This document shows positions 1-8,591 of a DNA stretch of 64,000 nt, in pieces (the stretch's first letter is position 1; the number at the start of each line of letters is the position of its first letter). Source of the DNA: Dehalococcoidia bacterium (GTDB lineage Bacteria > Chloroflexota > Dehalococcoidia > Lucifugimonadales > JADFKI01). The translations under genes were made by a program, and so were the position numbers. The DNA lies in NCBI GenBank assembly GCA_965242555.1, contig CBDESO010000008.1, forward strand, positions 547,577 to 611,576. The letters are read 5' to 3'. The notes under the pieces are model-generated. The model made no database searches, was not told the DNA's origin, and worked only from the letters and a program-made list of their open reading frames with translations.

Positions 1-1
1 T

Positions 2-277
2 CCCGTCCGGCCTACACCCATTCCGACCAACACGCCGGCTCCCACGCACACGCCCGCGCCCACCAACACCGCCGTTCCCACCAACACGCCCGCGGCGGAC
101 ACCCCCACGCCTGAACCTCCGCCCGCCGACACCCCCACGCCCATCCCACCAACGCACACGCCCGCGCCCACTAACACCCCCATCCCGCCCACTCCCGCGC
201 CTGCTCCCACCAACACGCCCGTCCCGCCCACGCACACGCCGTCGCCCACCGATACGCCCGCGCCTACCCCCACCCAA
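2..277 (+). repeat. Low-complexity coding repeat (PTxTPxP units) forming a PT-rich linker
   Basis: Reiterated ccc acc aac acg ccc / cac acg ccc gcg ccc units are read in frame. Confidence 0.7.
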
Positions 278-784
278 GTCGCTTTTGACGACACGCCGGG
301 CAGAACTGCGGACAATCCCGTCCCAATCAGACGCCCCGGCAGACTAACAGACCCAAGCGGCCTTGTGCTAAGAGTAACTAAGGTTCATTGGGGACACGAC
401 GCGGCCGACCTGCTAGATGAGGCGAACAACCCCGACCCGCCTCTGAAAGATGGCCACCATTTCGTCCTAATCCGCATCACAATGCAGAACAACGGCAGAG
501 AAGACATCGCCTATCCCACATACGACAGGCTGGCAGTATTAGCGGACGGCGTATGGCCCAGCGTGTACCACAACGCCGAGGGCAGGAGCGGCGAGGGCTA
601 CGGGGATGACTGCCGCAAGCTCCCGTCCAGATTGCACAGCGAGCGCCCCATAGAAAGAGATGGCAACCAGCACGGCTATGTATGCTTTATCGTGCGCGCC
701 GAAGATGCGGGCAAACTGGTTCTCGCCGACAATGGCGGCAGCGAAGAAATATCCGACGCCTGGCGCTTTTTCGCGCTGCGCTAA
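2..784 (+). CDS. Secreted protein (3' part; runs off the left edge): Pro/Thr-rich linker followed by a DUF4352-like beta-sandwich domain
   Basis: The frame of listed ORF 365..784 stays open to position 2. It translates as PTNTPAPTHTPAPTNT... and then VLRVTKVHWGHD...HHFVLIRITMQNNG...GYVCFIV, which resembles DUF4352-type domains. Confidence 0.55.
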   Translation, partial: PVRPTPIPTNTPAPTHTPAPTNTAVPTNTPAADTPTPEPPPADTPTPIPPTHTPAPTNTPIPPTPAPAPTNTPVPPTHTPSPTDTPAPTPTQVAFDDTPGRTADNPVPIRRPGRLTDPSGLVLRVTKVHWGHDAADLLDEANNPDPPLKDGHHFVLIRITMQNNGREDIAYPTYDRLAVLADGVWPSVYHNAEGRSGEGYGDDCRKLPSRLHSERPIERDGNQHGYVCFIVRAEDAGKLVLADNGGSEEISDAWRFFALR

Positions 785-891
785 CCGCCCATGATGCCCT
801 GATATGTCAAGATAGACGCCAAGCGCGGCGGTTCGGACAGCTAACTTACAATGGCTTTAACCGACTTCTGATTTGCTAAAACGGAGGCGAA

Positions 892-2118
892 ATGCAGCCC
901 CTAAAAGACATTCGCGTAGTGGCGGTAACCGGATTCTTGGCAGGCCCCTACGCCTGCATGAACTTCGCGCGGCTTGGCGCTGAGGTCATCAAGGTGGAAG
1001 TGCCGGGCAAAGGCGATCCCGTGCGCGGCAACGGGCCTTTCATCGGCCCAAAAGGCAAGCATCCGCAACCCCAGACGCCCGACGACATATCCACCCGATT
1101 CCTCAAGCGCAACCAGGGCGTCAAGAGCGTTACGCTCAACCTCAAACATTCGCAGGGACGCCAAATGTTCCTGGAACTCGCCAAGCGCGCCGATGTTGTG
1201 CTGGAAAACCTAGCCCCCGGCTCGCTCACGCGCATGGGGCTGGGCTATGAGGACGTCGCCGCCGCCAATCCCGCCCTCATCTACTGCTCCATATCCGGCT
1301 ACGGCCAAACCGGCGAATACGCCGACAAGCCCGCGCACGACCCGCAGATACAAGGCATGAGCGGCTTGATGGAGATAAACGGCCATCCCGATGGCCCCCC
1401 CACGCGCGTGGGCTTTTACATCGGCGACCTCGTAACCCCGCTATTCGCCTGCTACGCGATTTTGGCGGCGCTCCGCGAAAAAGAACGCACGGGCAAAGGG
1501 CAGCGCCTTGATGTGTCTATGATGGACACCCTCACCTCGCTAATGCTGATGGACACGATAGAGGACGACATAGAGATGGGCTTGCCGCTGCGAATGGGCA
1601 ACACAACGCGCGGCGGACCCACCGGCTTGTATCGCACATCCGACGGCGAGCTGACGCTGACCGCCGCCAGCGACGACCAGTGGCGTCGCTTGGCAAACGC
1701 GCTTGACGCGCCTGAGCTGGCGGCGGACGCGCGGTTCGCCGACTTTCACAGCCGCACCGCAAACGTAGTGGCGGCGCGCGAAGAGATCCAAAAGCGCGTA
1801 ATCAAACTCACCCGCGACGAGGCGCTGGCGCGCTTTGAGCAGCACGACGTCCCCAGCGGCGCGGTTCGCAGCGTCCGCGAGGCGATAGACGACCAACACT
1901 TCTGGCAACGCGGCAGCCTGCTCCCAATGCGGCACGGCGCCATCGCCGACCCCGTCGAAGGCATAGCCGCCGGATTCCCCATCCTATTCAACGGCGACGC
2001 GCTCCCCGAACCCTACGGCGCGCCCACGCTCGGCATGCACAACGCCGAAATCTACGGCGGCTTGCTAAACCTAACCGACGACGACATAGCCGCCCTGAAA
2101 GCGGATGGCGTGGTATGA
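892..2118 (+). CDS. Family III CoA-transferase (CaiB/BaiF type)
   Basis: The N-terminus IRVVAVTGFLAGPYACMNFARLGAEVIKVE is typical of CaiB/BaiF. GGAGG lies 5 nt upstream of the ATG. Length is 408 aa. Confidence 0.85.
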   Translation: MQPLKDIRVVAVTGFLAGPYACMNFARLGAEVIKVEVPGKGDPVRGNGPFIGPKGKHPQPQTPDDISTRFLKRNQGVKSVTLNLKHSQGRQMFLELAKRADVVLENLAPGSLTRMGLGYEDVAAANPALIYCSISGYGQTGEYADKPAHDPQIQGMSGLMEINGHPDGPPTRVGFYIGDLVTPLFACYAILAALREKERTGKGQRLDVSMMDTLTSLMLMDTIEDDIEMGLPLRMGNTTRGGPTGLYRTSDGELTLTAASDDQWRRLANALDAPELAADARFADFHSRTANVVAAREEIQKRVIKLTRDEALARFEQHDVPSGAVRSVREAIDDQHFWQRGSLLPMRHGAIADPVEGIAAGFPILFNGDALPEPYGAPTLGMHNAEIYGGLLNLTDDDIAALKADGVV

Positions 2119-2197
2119 TGTGCGCGAACATCATCCTAGTCAAGCGCAGATCGCCCGTCGTCAGCGATATGTGCAATAATGGGATGTTGAAAGCAAG

Positions 2198-2443
2198 TTG
2201 GGAAGACTGGCGATGACTGCAATAACTGAAGAGCGGCAACAGCCTGAGACAACCACTACGCCCTCAATTGAGACGCGAATGGCGGTCTTGGAAACGAAAA
2301 TGCAGTTCGCAATAGATGGCTTGCGCGATAACGGGCGGCGCATAGACGGGCTATCTTGGATAATCCTCGGCAGCGCGTTTTCCACAATCCTCACGATACT
2401 TGGCGCGCTGATTACCCTGCTCGTGCGCGTCGGCGGCCCGTAG
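2198..2443 (+). CDS. Small tail-anchored coiled-coil membrane protein (XhlA-like architecture)
   Basis: 81 aa with an acidic N-terminus (TEERQQ), a helical middle (RMAVLETKMQFAIDGLRDNGRRIDGL) and one C-terminal TM (WIILGSAFSTILTILGALITLLV). The local sequence is AT-richer. Confidence 0.45.
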   Translation: MGRLAMTAITEERQQPETTTTPSIETRMAVLETKMQFAIDGLRDNGRRIDGLSWIILGSAFSTILTILGALITLLVRVGGP

Positions 2444-2509
2444 ATTTGTGGTTGCAATGGCAATCGCGCTGTTAAGAAACTCACATAGTTCTGCGAAAGG
2501 AATGTCCAT

Positions 2510-2929
2510 ATGACCACCACAAACACTGAGGAACGGCAAGAACAGCGTGAAGAGCGCGTTTCCGACGAGCGCATACTCGGCAGGCTGGAGGGACGGGTAG
2601 GCTTGCTAAACGAGAATGTCCAGGCGGCCGATCGGCGCAACGACGAGCGTTACTTGGCGCTCACTGCCAAGATTGACACTGTCAACACTAATCTGACCGA
2701 CAAGATTGACAAAACCAACAGCGACATCAGCGACAAGATCGACACCGTCAACACTAACCTGACATCCAAGATCGACACCGTCAACACCAACCTAACCGAC
2801 AAGATAGACAAAACCAGCAGCGACCTGAACGGTCGCTTCATCATGCTGCTGATTGGCGTAGTTGTGGCTATCGTTGGCGGCTATGTCGGGATGGCAATCG
2901 CGCTCTTTCAGATAGCCGCAACCCGATGA
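2510..2929 (+). CDS. Tail-anchored coiled-coil protein with five 11-residue (hendecad) repeats
   Basis: 139 aa with N-terminal TEERQEQREE, the repeats KIDTVNTNLTD / KIDKTNSDISD x5, and a C-terminal TM IMLLIGVVVAIVGGYVGMAIALF. Confidence 0.6.
   Translation: MTTTNTEERQEQREERVSDERILGRLEGRVGLLNENVQAADRRNDERYLALTAKIDTVNTNLTDKIDKTNSDISDKIDTVNTNLTSKIDTVNTNLTDKIDKTSSDLNGRFIMLLIGVVVAIVGGYVGMAIALFQIAATR
2669..2833 (+). repeat. Five tandem 33-bp in-frame repeats (aagatYgacaMMgtcaacacYaaYctRacMKMc)
   Basis: Counted directly in the sequence; each unit starts with aag at(t/c/a) gac. Confidence 0.8.
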
Positions 2930-2939
2930 GGTTTTGAAT

Positions 2940-3836
2940 ATGAAATTCGACGCAAAGCCCCTCCGCTCGGTTCTATTCGTGCCGGGCAATAAGGAAGACT
3001 GGATACGCAAAGCCCCCAAGTACGGCGCGGACGCGCTTATCCTTGACCTAGAAGACTCCGTGCCGCCGCAAGAGAAAGACGCCGCCCGCCAAATCGTCGC
3101 CAAGATGATAGACGAACTCGGCGGCGCCGGCCAAACGCTCTTCGTGCGCGTCAACCCGCTTGAAAGCGGCATAACCGGCTACGACCTAGAGGCGGTCGCA
3201 AGCCCGCATCTGTACGGCATCACCCTGCCCAAAGTGCAGTCCCCCGCCGATGTGGTAGAGGTGGATATTCTGTTGCGTTTCTTCGAGCGCAAGGCGGGCG
3301 CGGCGATAGGCGGCATATTCATTGACCCCGGCTTGGAAACCGCGCAGGGCATCCGCGCCGCCTATGAGATTGCCACCGCCTCCGACCGCGTCGCGCATAT
3401 GGGCGGCAGCGGCGGCAAGGGCGGCGACACCGCCCGCTCCATCGGCTACCAATGGACGCCGCAAGGAATGGAAACGCTCTTCATCCGCTCCAAAGTCCTC
3501 GTGGATTCGCGCGCCGCGGGCGTCCAATTCCCCATATCCGGCGGCTGGTTCGACATCCGCGACCTAGACGGCCTGCGCGCCTACGCCGGCGAACTCAAGC
3601 GGCTTGGCTACAATGGCATGAGCCTCATCCACCCCTACCATGTCCCCGTCGTCAACGAAGTGTTCACCCCCACGCCCGAAGAGATAGCCGAGTGGCGCGG
3701 CCTTGTGGACGCTATGGAACAAATGCGGCAAACGGGCGGCGCGGCGGTAACCTACGGCGGCGATATGGTGGACATCGCCCACGAACAAACCGCTCGCGCA
3801 ATGCTCCGAATGGCGGAACAACTGGGCGTGGCGTAA
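2940..3836 (+). CDS. HpcH/HpaI aldolase / citrate lyase beta subunit-like (CitE, acyl-CoA lyase)
   Basis: LRSVLFVPGNKEDWIRKAPKYGADALILDLEDSVPP is the CitE/malyl-CoA lyase N-terminal signature. ATG 2940 is preferred over TTG 2934 because GAGG lies 8 nt upstream. Confidence 0.85.
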   Translation: MKFDAKPLRSVLFVPGNKEDWIRKAPKYGADALILDLEDSVPPQEKDAARQIVAKMIDELGGAGQTLFVRVNPLESGITGYDLEAVASPHLYGITLPKVQSPADVVEVDILLRFFERKAGAAIGGIFIDPGLETAQGIRAAYEIATASDRVAHMGGSGGKGGDTARSIGYQWTPQGMETLFIRSKVLVDSRAAGVQFPISGGWFDIRDLDGLRAYAGELKRLGYNGMSLIHPYHVPVVNEVFTPTPEEIAEWRGLVDAMEQMRQTGGAAVTYGGDMVDIAHEQTARAMLRMAEQLGVA

Positions 3837-3919
3837 GCTCGATCGCCCGAAATCGCAGACATACACAAGAATACACACTTTCATACGCCCAAGCATACCC
3901 ACAATGGAGGCATCCGAAT

Positions 3920-5152
3920 ATGGCAAACGCAACATCCAACAATATATCGGCAGCGCCCGAAGAAGTAGGCTTTTCTTCCGAGCGCTTGCGGCGCGTCAAC
4001 GCCTGGATGGAGGGCTATATCGGCGGCGGCAAGCTCGCGGGCGCAATCACGATGCTCTCGCGCGGCGGCGAAACATTCCACTTCCAGCCATACGGCGTCC
4101 TGAACATTGACCACGGCGCGCCAATTCAACACGACACAATCTTTCGCATCTACTCCATGACCAAGCCCATAACCAGCGTGGCGACGATGATGCTCTACGA
4201 AGAGGGGCATTTCTCGCTGGACGACCCCGTGGGCAAATTCATACCCGCGCTCGCCCGAATGAAAGTCTATGACGGGCTGGGCGAAACCGGCATGCGGCTT
4301 GTAGAGCAGCAACGCCCCATCACCATACGCCACCTGCTCACGCACACCGCCGGGCTGAGCTACGGCTTTCACCAAGATTCCCCCGTTGAGGATATGTATC
4401 GCGCCGCCGACATAACCGACCCCGACAGCGATCTGGCGGAAATGGCGGACAAGCTGGGCAAGCTGCCGCTGATAAGCCAGCCCGGCGCCAAGTGGCGATA
4501 CAGCAACGCCACAGATGTACTCGGCTACCTGGTAGAGGTAGTCTCCGGCATGCCCTTTGACGAGTTCCTGCGCGACCGGATAATCGCGCCGCTTGGAATG
4601 AAAGACACCGCGTTCTACCTAACCGAAGACAAGCTTGACAGGCTGGCGAGCGTGTACGCGCCCGCGCAGAACGGCGGCGGCATCGCCGCGCTGGACAACT
4701 CGCTCATCAACCGCGTTCAGAGGCCGCACACCCTCTTTTCGGGCGGCGGCGGCCTTGTGTCAACCGCGTCCGACTACATGCGGTTCTGCCGCATGCTGCT
4801 CAACGGCGGCGTTCTTGACGGCGCGCGCCTGCTCGCCCCCAAGACCGTAGAGATGATGCGCTCCGATCACCTCGCCGACGACCTCAAGCCCTTCGCCGTC
4901 CGCAAAAGCACGTCGGGTGACACAAAGGGCTGCGGGTTCGGCTTAGGCTTTCGCGTGGTCACCGACATCGCCCAGCACGGCATAATCGGCTCAAACGGCA
5001 TCTACTCTTGGGGCGGCGCCGCCAGCACAGTCTTCTGGATAGACCCCGTCGAAGACCTAATCGCCATCCTGCTAACCCAATTCATGCCCAGCTCCTACTA
5101 CCCCCTCCGCCGCGAGTTCCAGGTAGCCACCTACCAGGCAATGGTAGAGTAG
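3920..5152 (+). CDS. Serine hydrolase, beta-lactamase/transpeptidase-like (class C / EstB-like)
   Basis: It has an SxxK motif (YSMTKPITS) and the text HLLTHTAGL. ATG 3920 has GGAGG upstream. The 5' part of listed ORF 3452.. is Arg/Pro-rich junk overlapping the previous gene. Confidence 0.85.
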   Translation: MANATSNNISAAPEEVGFSSERLRRVNAWMEGYIGGGKLAGAITMLSRGGETFHFQPYGVLNIDHGAPIQHDTIFRIYSMTKPITSVATMMLYEEGHFSLDDPVGKFIPALARMKVYDGLGETGMRLVEQQRPITIRHLLTHTAGLSYGFHQDSPVEDMYRAADITDPDSDLAEMADKLGKLPLISQPGAKWRYSNATDVLGYLVEVVSGMPFDEFLRDRIIAPLGMKDTAFYLTEDKLDRLASVYAPAQNGGGIAALDNSLINRVQRPHTLFSGGGGLVSTASDYMRFCRMLLNGGVLDGARLLAPKTVEMMRSDHLADDLKPFAVRKSTSGDTKGCGFGLGFRVVTDIAQHGIIGSNGIYSWGGAASTVFWIDPVEDLIAILLTQFMPSSYYPLRREFQVATYQAMVE

Positions 5153-5197
5153 CGCGACAGCCGCCGGCGCTCGCAAGCGTCGCGCGGCTACCCACAA

Positions 5198-5270
5198 GGC
5201 GTTTGGCGTAAAGCCAACTGCGGTTCACCGCCCCGTTTGCGTATTGCGCCAAACGCCGAGTCGCAGTTTT
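5198..5270 (+). terminator. Possible terminator or boundary hairpin after the hydrolase gene
   Basis: A perfect 11-bp inverted repeat, ggcgtttggcg (5198-5208) / cgccaaacgcc (5247-5257), is followed by gtttt. The loop is long (38 nt), so this is not a classic terminator. Confidence 0.3.
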
Positions 5271-5406
5271 GTATAGCAAATGTACAAAAGCGATTGTTAC
5301 GCTGAGCAAATGCACATTGTTTGAACCAATACTAGCCTCATCTGTGGGCTATAGTTGCATCTAGCGCTCAAAACTGATAGATATAGCATACGACGTTCCT
5401 ATTGGG

Positions 5407-6363
5407 ATGTTCTGCAAGTGGAGGATGCGCGCAGTGGCCACTACCCAACTGAATGTAACCTTTGAGGGGCCAGACACCGCCGATGGCGTGTCCATATCGG
5501 ACTTGAACAAAGTCCTGACTCGTGTCCAGAGAGCGATGCGCCTTATGGTGGAGCATCTGGCGGATGTTGAGTCGAAGACTGGACGTCCAAAAGGCTGGGT
5601 GCGTCGTGAGAGCGAACTTAAGATAAGTGGGACTTCACCCGGCTCTTTTAATGTGGGGTTGGAATTGGCGTCGCCATCACACAATAGCGCCTTGCTAGAG
5701 CAAAACTACGCTTTGGGAAGTGAGGCCATATCTCGCATACTCAATTGGCGCCCTGATCTGGATCAAAGCTACTCAGCGCAGCAAGAACGAGATATGGCTT
5801 ATATGTCACAGGAGTGGATTGATGAGCCATTGCTACCCGACAACGTTGCCGCTGAACTTCTGAACATTTATAAGGGGGTGTCACGAAACATCGGATCGGT
5901 GTCTTTAGGAGGGCGTCAAGACAAGCGGCGAGTAGTAATTCCACGCTCTAAGTCAGCGCGTACACTGAGAAAATCAACCCGTATTATCGATAGCGCGGTG
6001 ATATGGGGTTATCTGAGGTCGCTTGATTGGCCTAATAAGACAGGCCGTCTTGAGCGGATTATGGGCAAGCCTGTGCCTCTGAAATTCGCTGAGGGGTTGG
6101 ATGAGGATATGCGCCGCTTGGCTAATCGGTATGTGCAGATTCGGGGTAAGGGCAAACTTGACGAGGTCGCGGACGAATGGATAGACGTCAGTGTGAATAG
6201 TATCACTGGCACAAGAAACAAATTTGAGCCTTTCGACAGAAAGGAACTTCTAGATCGTCCAATTAAGCCATTCGATCCTGAATCGCTACATTCGTTGTCG
6301 CCCGACGATGATTTTGATGTAGATGAATTCATTCGAATCATCCGTGAAGGCCGTGACGTATGA
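5407..6363 (+). CDS. Hypothetical protein (no recognisable domain), upstream partner of the PIN gene
   Basis: A 318-codon ORF in an AT-richer island. Its stop TGA (6361-6363) overlaps the PIN start as ATGA. The start is uncertain: ATG 5407, ATG 5425 or GTG 5434. Confidence 0.55.
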   Translation: MFCKWRMRAVATTQLNVTFEGPDTADGVSISDLNKVLTRVQRAMRLMVEHLADVESKTGRPKGWVRRESELKISGTSPGSFNVGLELASPSHNSALLEQNYALGSEAISRILNWRPDLDQSYSAQQERDMAYMSQEWIDEPLLPDNVAAELLNIYKGVSRNIGSVSLGGRQDKRRVVIPRSKSARTLRKSTRIIDSAVIWGYLRSLDWPNKTGRLERIMGKPVPLKFAEGLDEDMRRLANRYVQIRGKGKLDEVADEWIDVSVNSITGTRNKFEPFDRKELLDRPIKPFDPESLHSLSPDDDFDVDEFIRIIREGRDV

Positions 6364-6782
6364 CATTGGAAAGATTTGAACGGGTTGTGGTGGATACAAG
6401 CGTGGTGTCTATCCTGTTTCGGGGAAGTAGCGACGATAGGCATGAATTCTATTGGCAAAGGCTTAAAGGAATTCAAACCACAATATCATTCCAGACACTG
6501 GAAGAGCTGTGGTTTGGAATATATTATGGCGGTTGGGGAAACAAAAGAACAACGGAACTAATTGACTTCATCAGCGACTTCGACGTAGTTTGGCCAGATG
6601 AAGAAGTATCCGATATTTCTGCCCGACTACGCAGCGATACCAGAAAGGCCGGACGCGAACTAAAACCCGCGGATGCTTGGATCGCCGCTACCGCAATAAG
6701 CCTAAAATGCCCATTGGCAACTGATAATGGAAACTTTGACGCGATAGCGGACAGATTAACACTAATAAAACAACCTAGATAA
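6360..6782 (+). CDS. PIN-domain ribonuclease (VapC-like toxin)
   Basis: The text VVVDTSVV, FQTLEELWFG, PADAWIAATA and LATDNGNFD supplies the four conserved acidic positions of PIN domains. Length is 140 aa. Confidence 0.8.
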   Translation: MTLERFERVVVDTSVVSILFRGSSDDRHEFYWQRLKGIQTTISFQTLEELWFGIYYGGWGNKRTTELIDFISDFDVVWPDEEVSDISARLRSDTRKAGRELKPADAWIAATAISLKCPLATDNGNFDAIADRLTLIKQPR

Positions 6783-6786
6783 CGCC

Positions 6787-7758
6787 ATGCCCCACTCCCA
6801 ACCCGCCCCCTGCTGCGCCGCCGCGCGCCCACACAGCGCCTCTCAGCCGACGGCCCCCACCGCCGCCGCCACGCGCTCGCCGGCCACCACCGACGGCGCC
6901 ACCGACGGCATGCCCCTCCTCCCCGGCGGCGAGTTCCTGATGGGCGCGGACGACGCCACCGGATTTGCCGCGGATGGCGAGGGCCCTGTGCGCCCCGCGC
7001 GCCTGGCGCCGTTCTACATCGACGCCTGCGCCGTAACCAACGCGCAGTTCGACGCCTTCGCCCGCGCCGCCGGCTACAAGACTGAGGCGGAGCGGTTCGG
7101 ATGGTCATTCGTGTTCCATATGTTCATCAGGAGCAAGAAGGCGCGCCGCCTGGCGCAGCAAGCCGCCGCCGAGGCGCCGTGGTGGTGGGTGGTCAAGGGC
7201 GCGTACTGGCGCAGGCCGGAAGGCCCCGGATCCAACCTCAAGCGCCGCTGGAACCATCCCGCAACGCACATCTCTTGGAACGACGCTATGGCATACTGCG
7301 CTTGGGCGGGAAAGCGCCTGCCCACCGAGGCCGAGTGGGAGTACGCGGCGCGCGGCGGCCTGGTTCAAAAGCGCTACGCCTGGGGCGACGAACTCACCCC
7401 CGGCGGCGAGCATCTATGCAACATCTGGCAGGGCAAGTTCCCCGACAGCAACAGCGGCGAGGACGGCTACAAGGCGACCGCCCCCGTTGACGCCTACAAG
7501 CCCAACGGCTACGGGCTGTACAATATGGCGGGCAATGTGTGGGAGTGGACGAGCGACTGGTTCAGCGCCTCATACGCCGCCGCCGCGCCGCTAGTCAACC
7601 CTAAGGGCCCACCCGCCGGCGATTCCAAAGTCATACGCGGCGGCTCATACCTATGCCACGACTCCTACTGCAACCGCTACCGCGTGGCGGCGCGCACCGC
7701 CAACACCCCCGACAGCTCCACCGGCAACCTAGGCTTTCGCTGCGCCCGCGACGCCTGA
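6787..7758 (+). CDS. Formylglycine-generating enzyme (FGE/SUMF1 family)
   Basis: It contains LPGGEFLMG, HPATHISWNDAMAYCAWAGKRLPTEAEWEYAARGG, GNVWEWTSDWF and RGGSYLCHDSYCNRYRVAAR. Confidence 0.85.
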   Translation: MPHSQPAPCCAAARPHSASQPTAPTAAATRSPATTDGATDGMPLLPGGEFLMGADDATGFAADGEGPVRPARLAPFYIDACAVTNAQFDAFARAAGYKTEAERFGWSFVFHMFIRSKKARRLAQQAAAEAPWWWVVKGAYWRRPEGPGSNLKRRWNHPATHISWNDAMAYCAWAGKRLPTEAEWEYAARGGLVQKRYAWGDELTPGGEHLCNIWQGKFPDSNSGEDGYKATAPVDAYKPNGYGLYNMAGNVWEWTSDWFSASYAAAAPLVNPKGPPAGDSKVIRGGSYLCHDSYCNRYRVAARTANTPDSSTGNLGFRCARDA

Positions 7759-7837
7759 CGCCGGGATATGCTACAATCCTGCCGACAGTAGCATTGTGTC
7801 GGCATACCGCGCCGACCGCCAAAATCCAAACCGATTG

Positions 7838-7860
7838 CGCTTGACTGTCTGCGATACAAC
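7838..7860 (+). promoter_or_regulatory. Copy A of a shared 23-nt upstream motif GCTTGAC-N3-CTGCGATACAA-YT
   Basis: gcttgactgtctgcgatacaact lies 34 nt upstream of the 7894 start. The same motif occurs at 8592-8614. Confidence 0.3.
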
Positions 7861-7893
7861 TACATCCGATAGTCATAGCGAGGTGTCCAAAAG

Positions 7894-8481
7894 ATGATCA
7901 TCCTGTTTGTGATGTTCTTTCTTGTGTTCTTCGGACTAGCTTTCATTTTGGCGCAAGGGCTTTGCCTTGCATTTGCGCCTATCGCCGGCATAATTTGCGC
8001 TTTTACGGCCCGTCGCAAGCGTTTGTCCGTACTTCGGTATTCGCTTTTGGGCATGGCAAGCGCCGCGTGTTTCATAATGCCTTGGATATATTTGATGTGG
8101 CGGATGAAAGGTTCGTCAATATCCAATCGCTCGGCTGACAACTGGCATGCTGTCTTGCACGCCTCTTGGCTTCTCTTTTTAGGAGGAGTGGCTAGTGGAT
8201 ACTCGTTTATATCCGCTGATTCGCTTAATTTTCCTTTTGGAAAGCGCGATATTGTAGTTTGGTCCTATCTGCTCGTCTGCTTGAGCATATGGATAGGAAC
8301 TTTGCTATACTTCGTCTTGGACGGAGGGTTTTCGGGGGAAAAGCGATTGCTGGATCCTAGCGAATTAACTCATCGTTCCAGGATAGTCCCGTTTGTGGGC
8401 GCATTCGTTACTATGGTGATTCTTGTGGGTCCGACTGTTGTTGGCTTTATTGTTGACCCGCCGAGCGGCATTCCGCGTTAG
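7894..8481 (+). CDS. Hypothetical integral membrane protein
   Basis: 195 aa with several hydrophobic helices (IILFVMFFLVFFGLAFILA, WLLFLGGVASG, LLVCLSIWIGTLLYFVL). The gene is AT-richer. Confidence 0.5.
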   Translation: MIILFVMFFLVFFGLAFILAQGLCLAFAPIAGIICAFTARRKRLSVLRYSLLGMASAACFIMPWIYLMWRMKGSSISNRSADNWHAVLHASWLLFLGGVASGYSFISADSLNFPFGKRDIVVWSYLLVCLSIWIGTLLYFVLDGGFSGEKRLLDPSELTHRSRIVPFVGAFVTMVILVGPTVVGFIVDPPSGIPR

Positions 8482-8591
8482 CCGGCGCTTCAGTCTATCC
8501 CACAAATTTCGGCTAAACCCGTCTTGAATTCCCTCGCCCAAAAGTAGCGCGGCGCGTCTTCCAATCCCTCACTGAAACAGACTTCCCCACC

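Noticed and set aside
2669-2833. The possibility that the regular 33-bp repeats, or the PT-coding repeats at 2-277, are a CRISPR array.
   Set aside because: The repeats are contiguous with no spacers. They are in frame inside an ORF and encode an 11-residue coiled-coil unit. No cas genes were seen in the window.
3452-3919. The 5' extension of the serine-hydrolase ORF. The same issue affects 26776-27156 for dxr, 30996-31304 for the NTase-HEPN gene, 53171-53314 for the DinB-like gene and 48355-48447 for eno.
   Set aside because: The extensions overlap the preceding genes out of frame and translate as Arg/Pro-rich filler. Internal ATGs with Shine-Dalgarno-like sequences give N-termini matching the protein families.
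6524-7108. A 194-aa minus-strand ORF extremely rich in Arg.
   Set aside because: It spans the PIN/FGE junction antisense to both genes and its composition is not protein-like.
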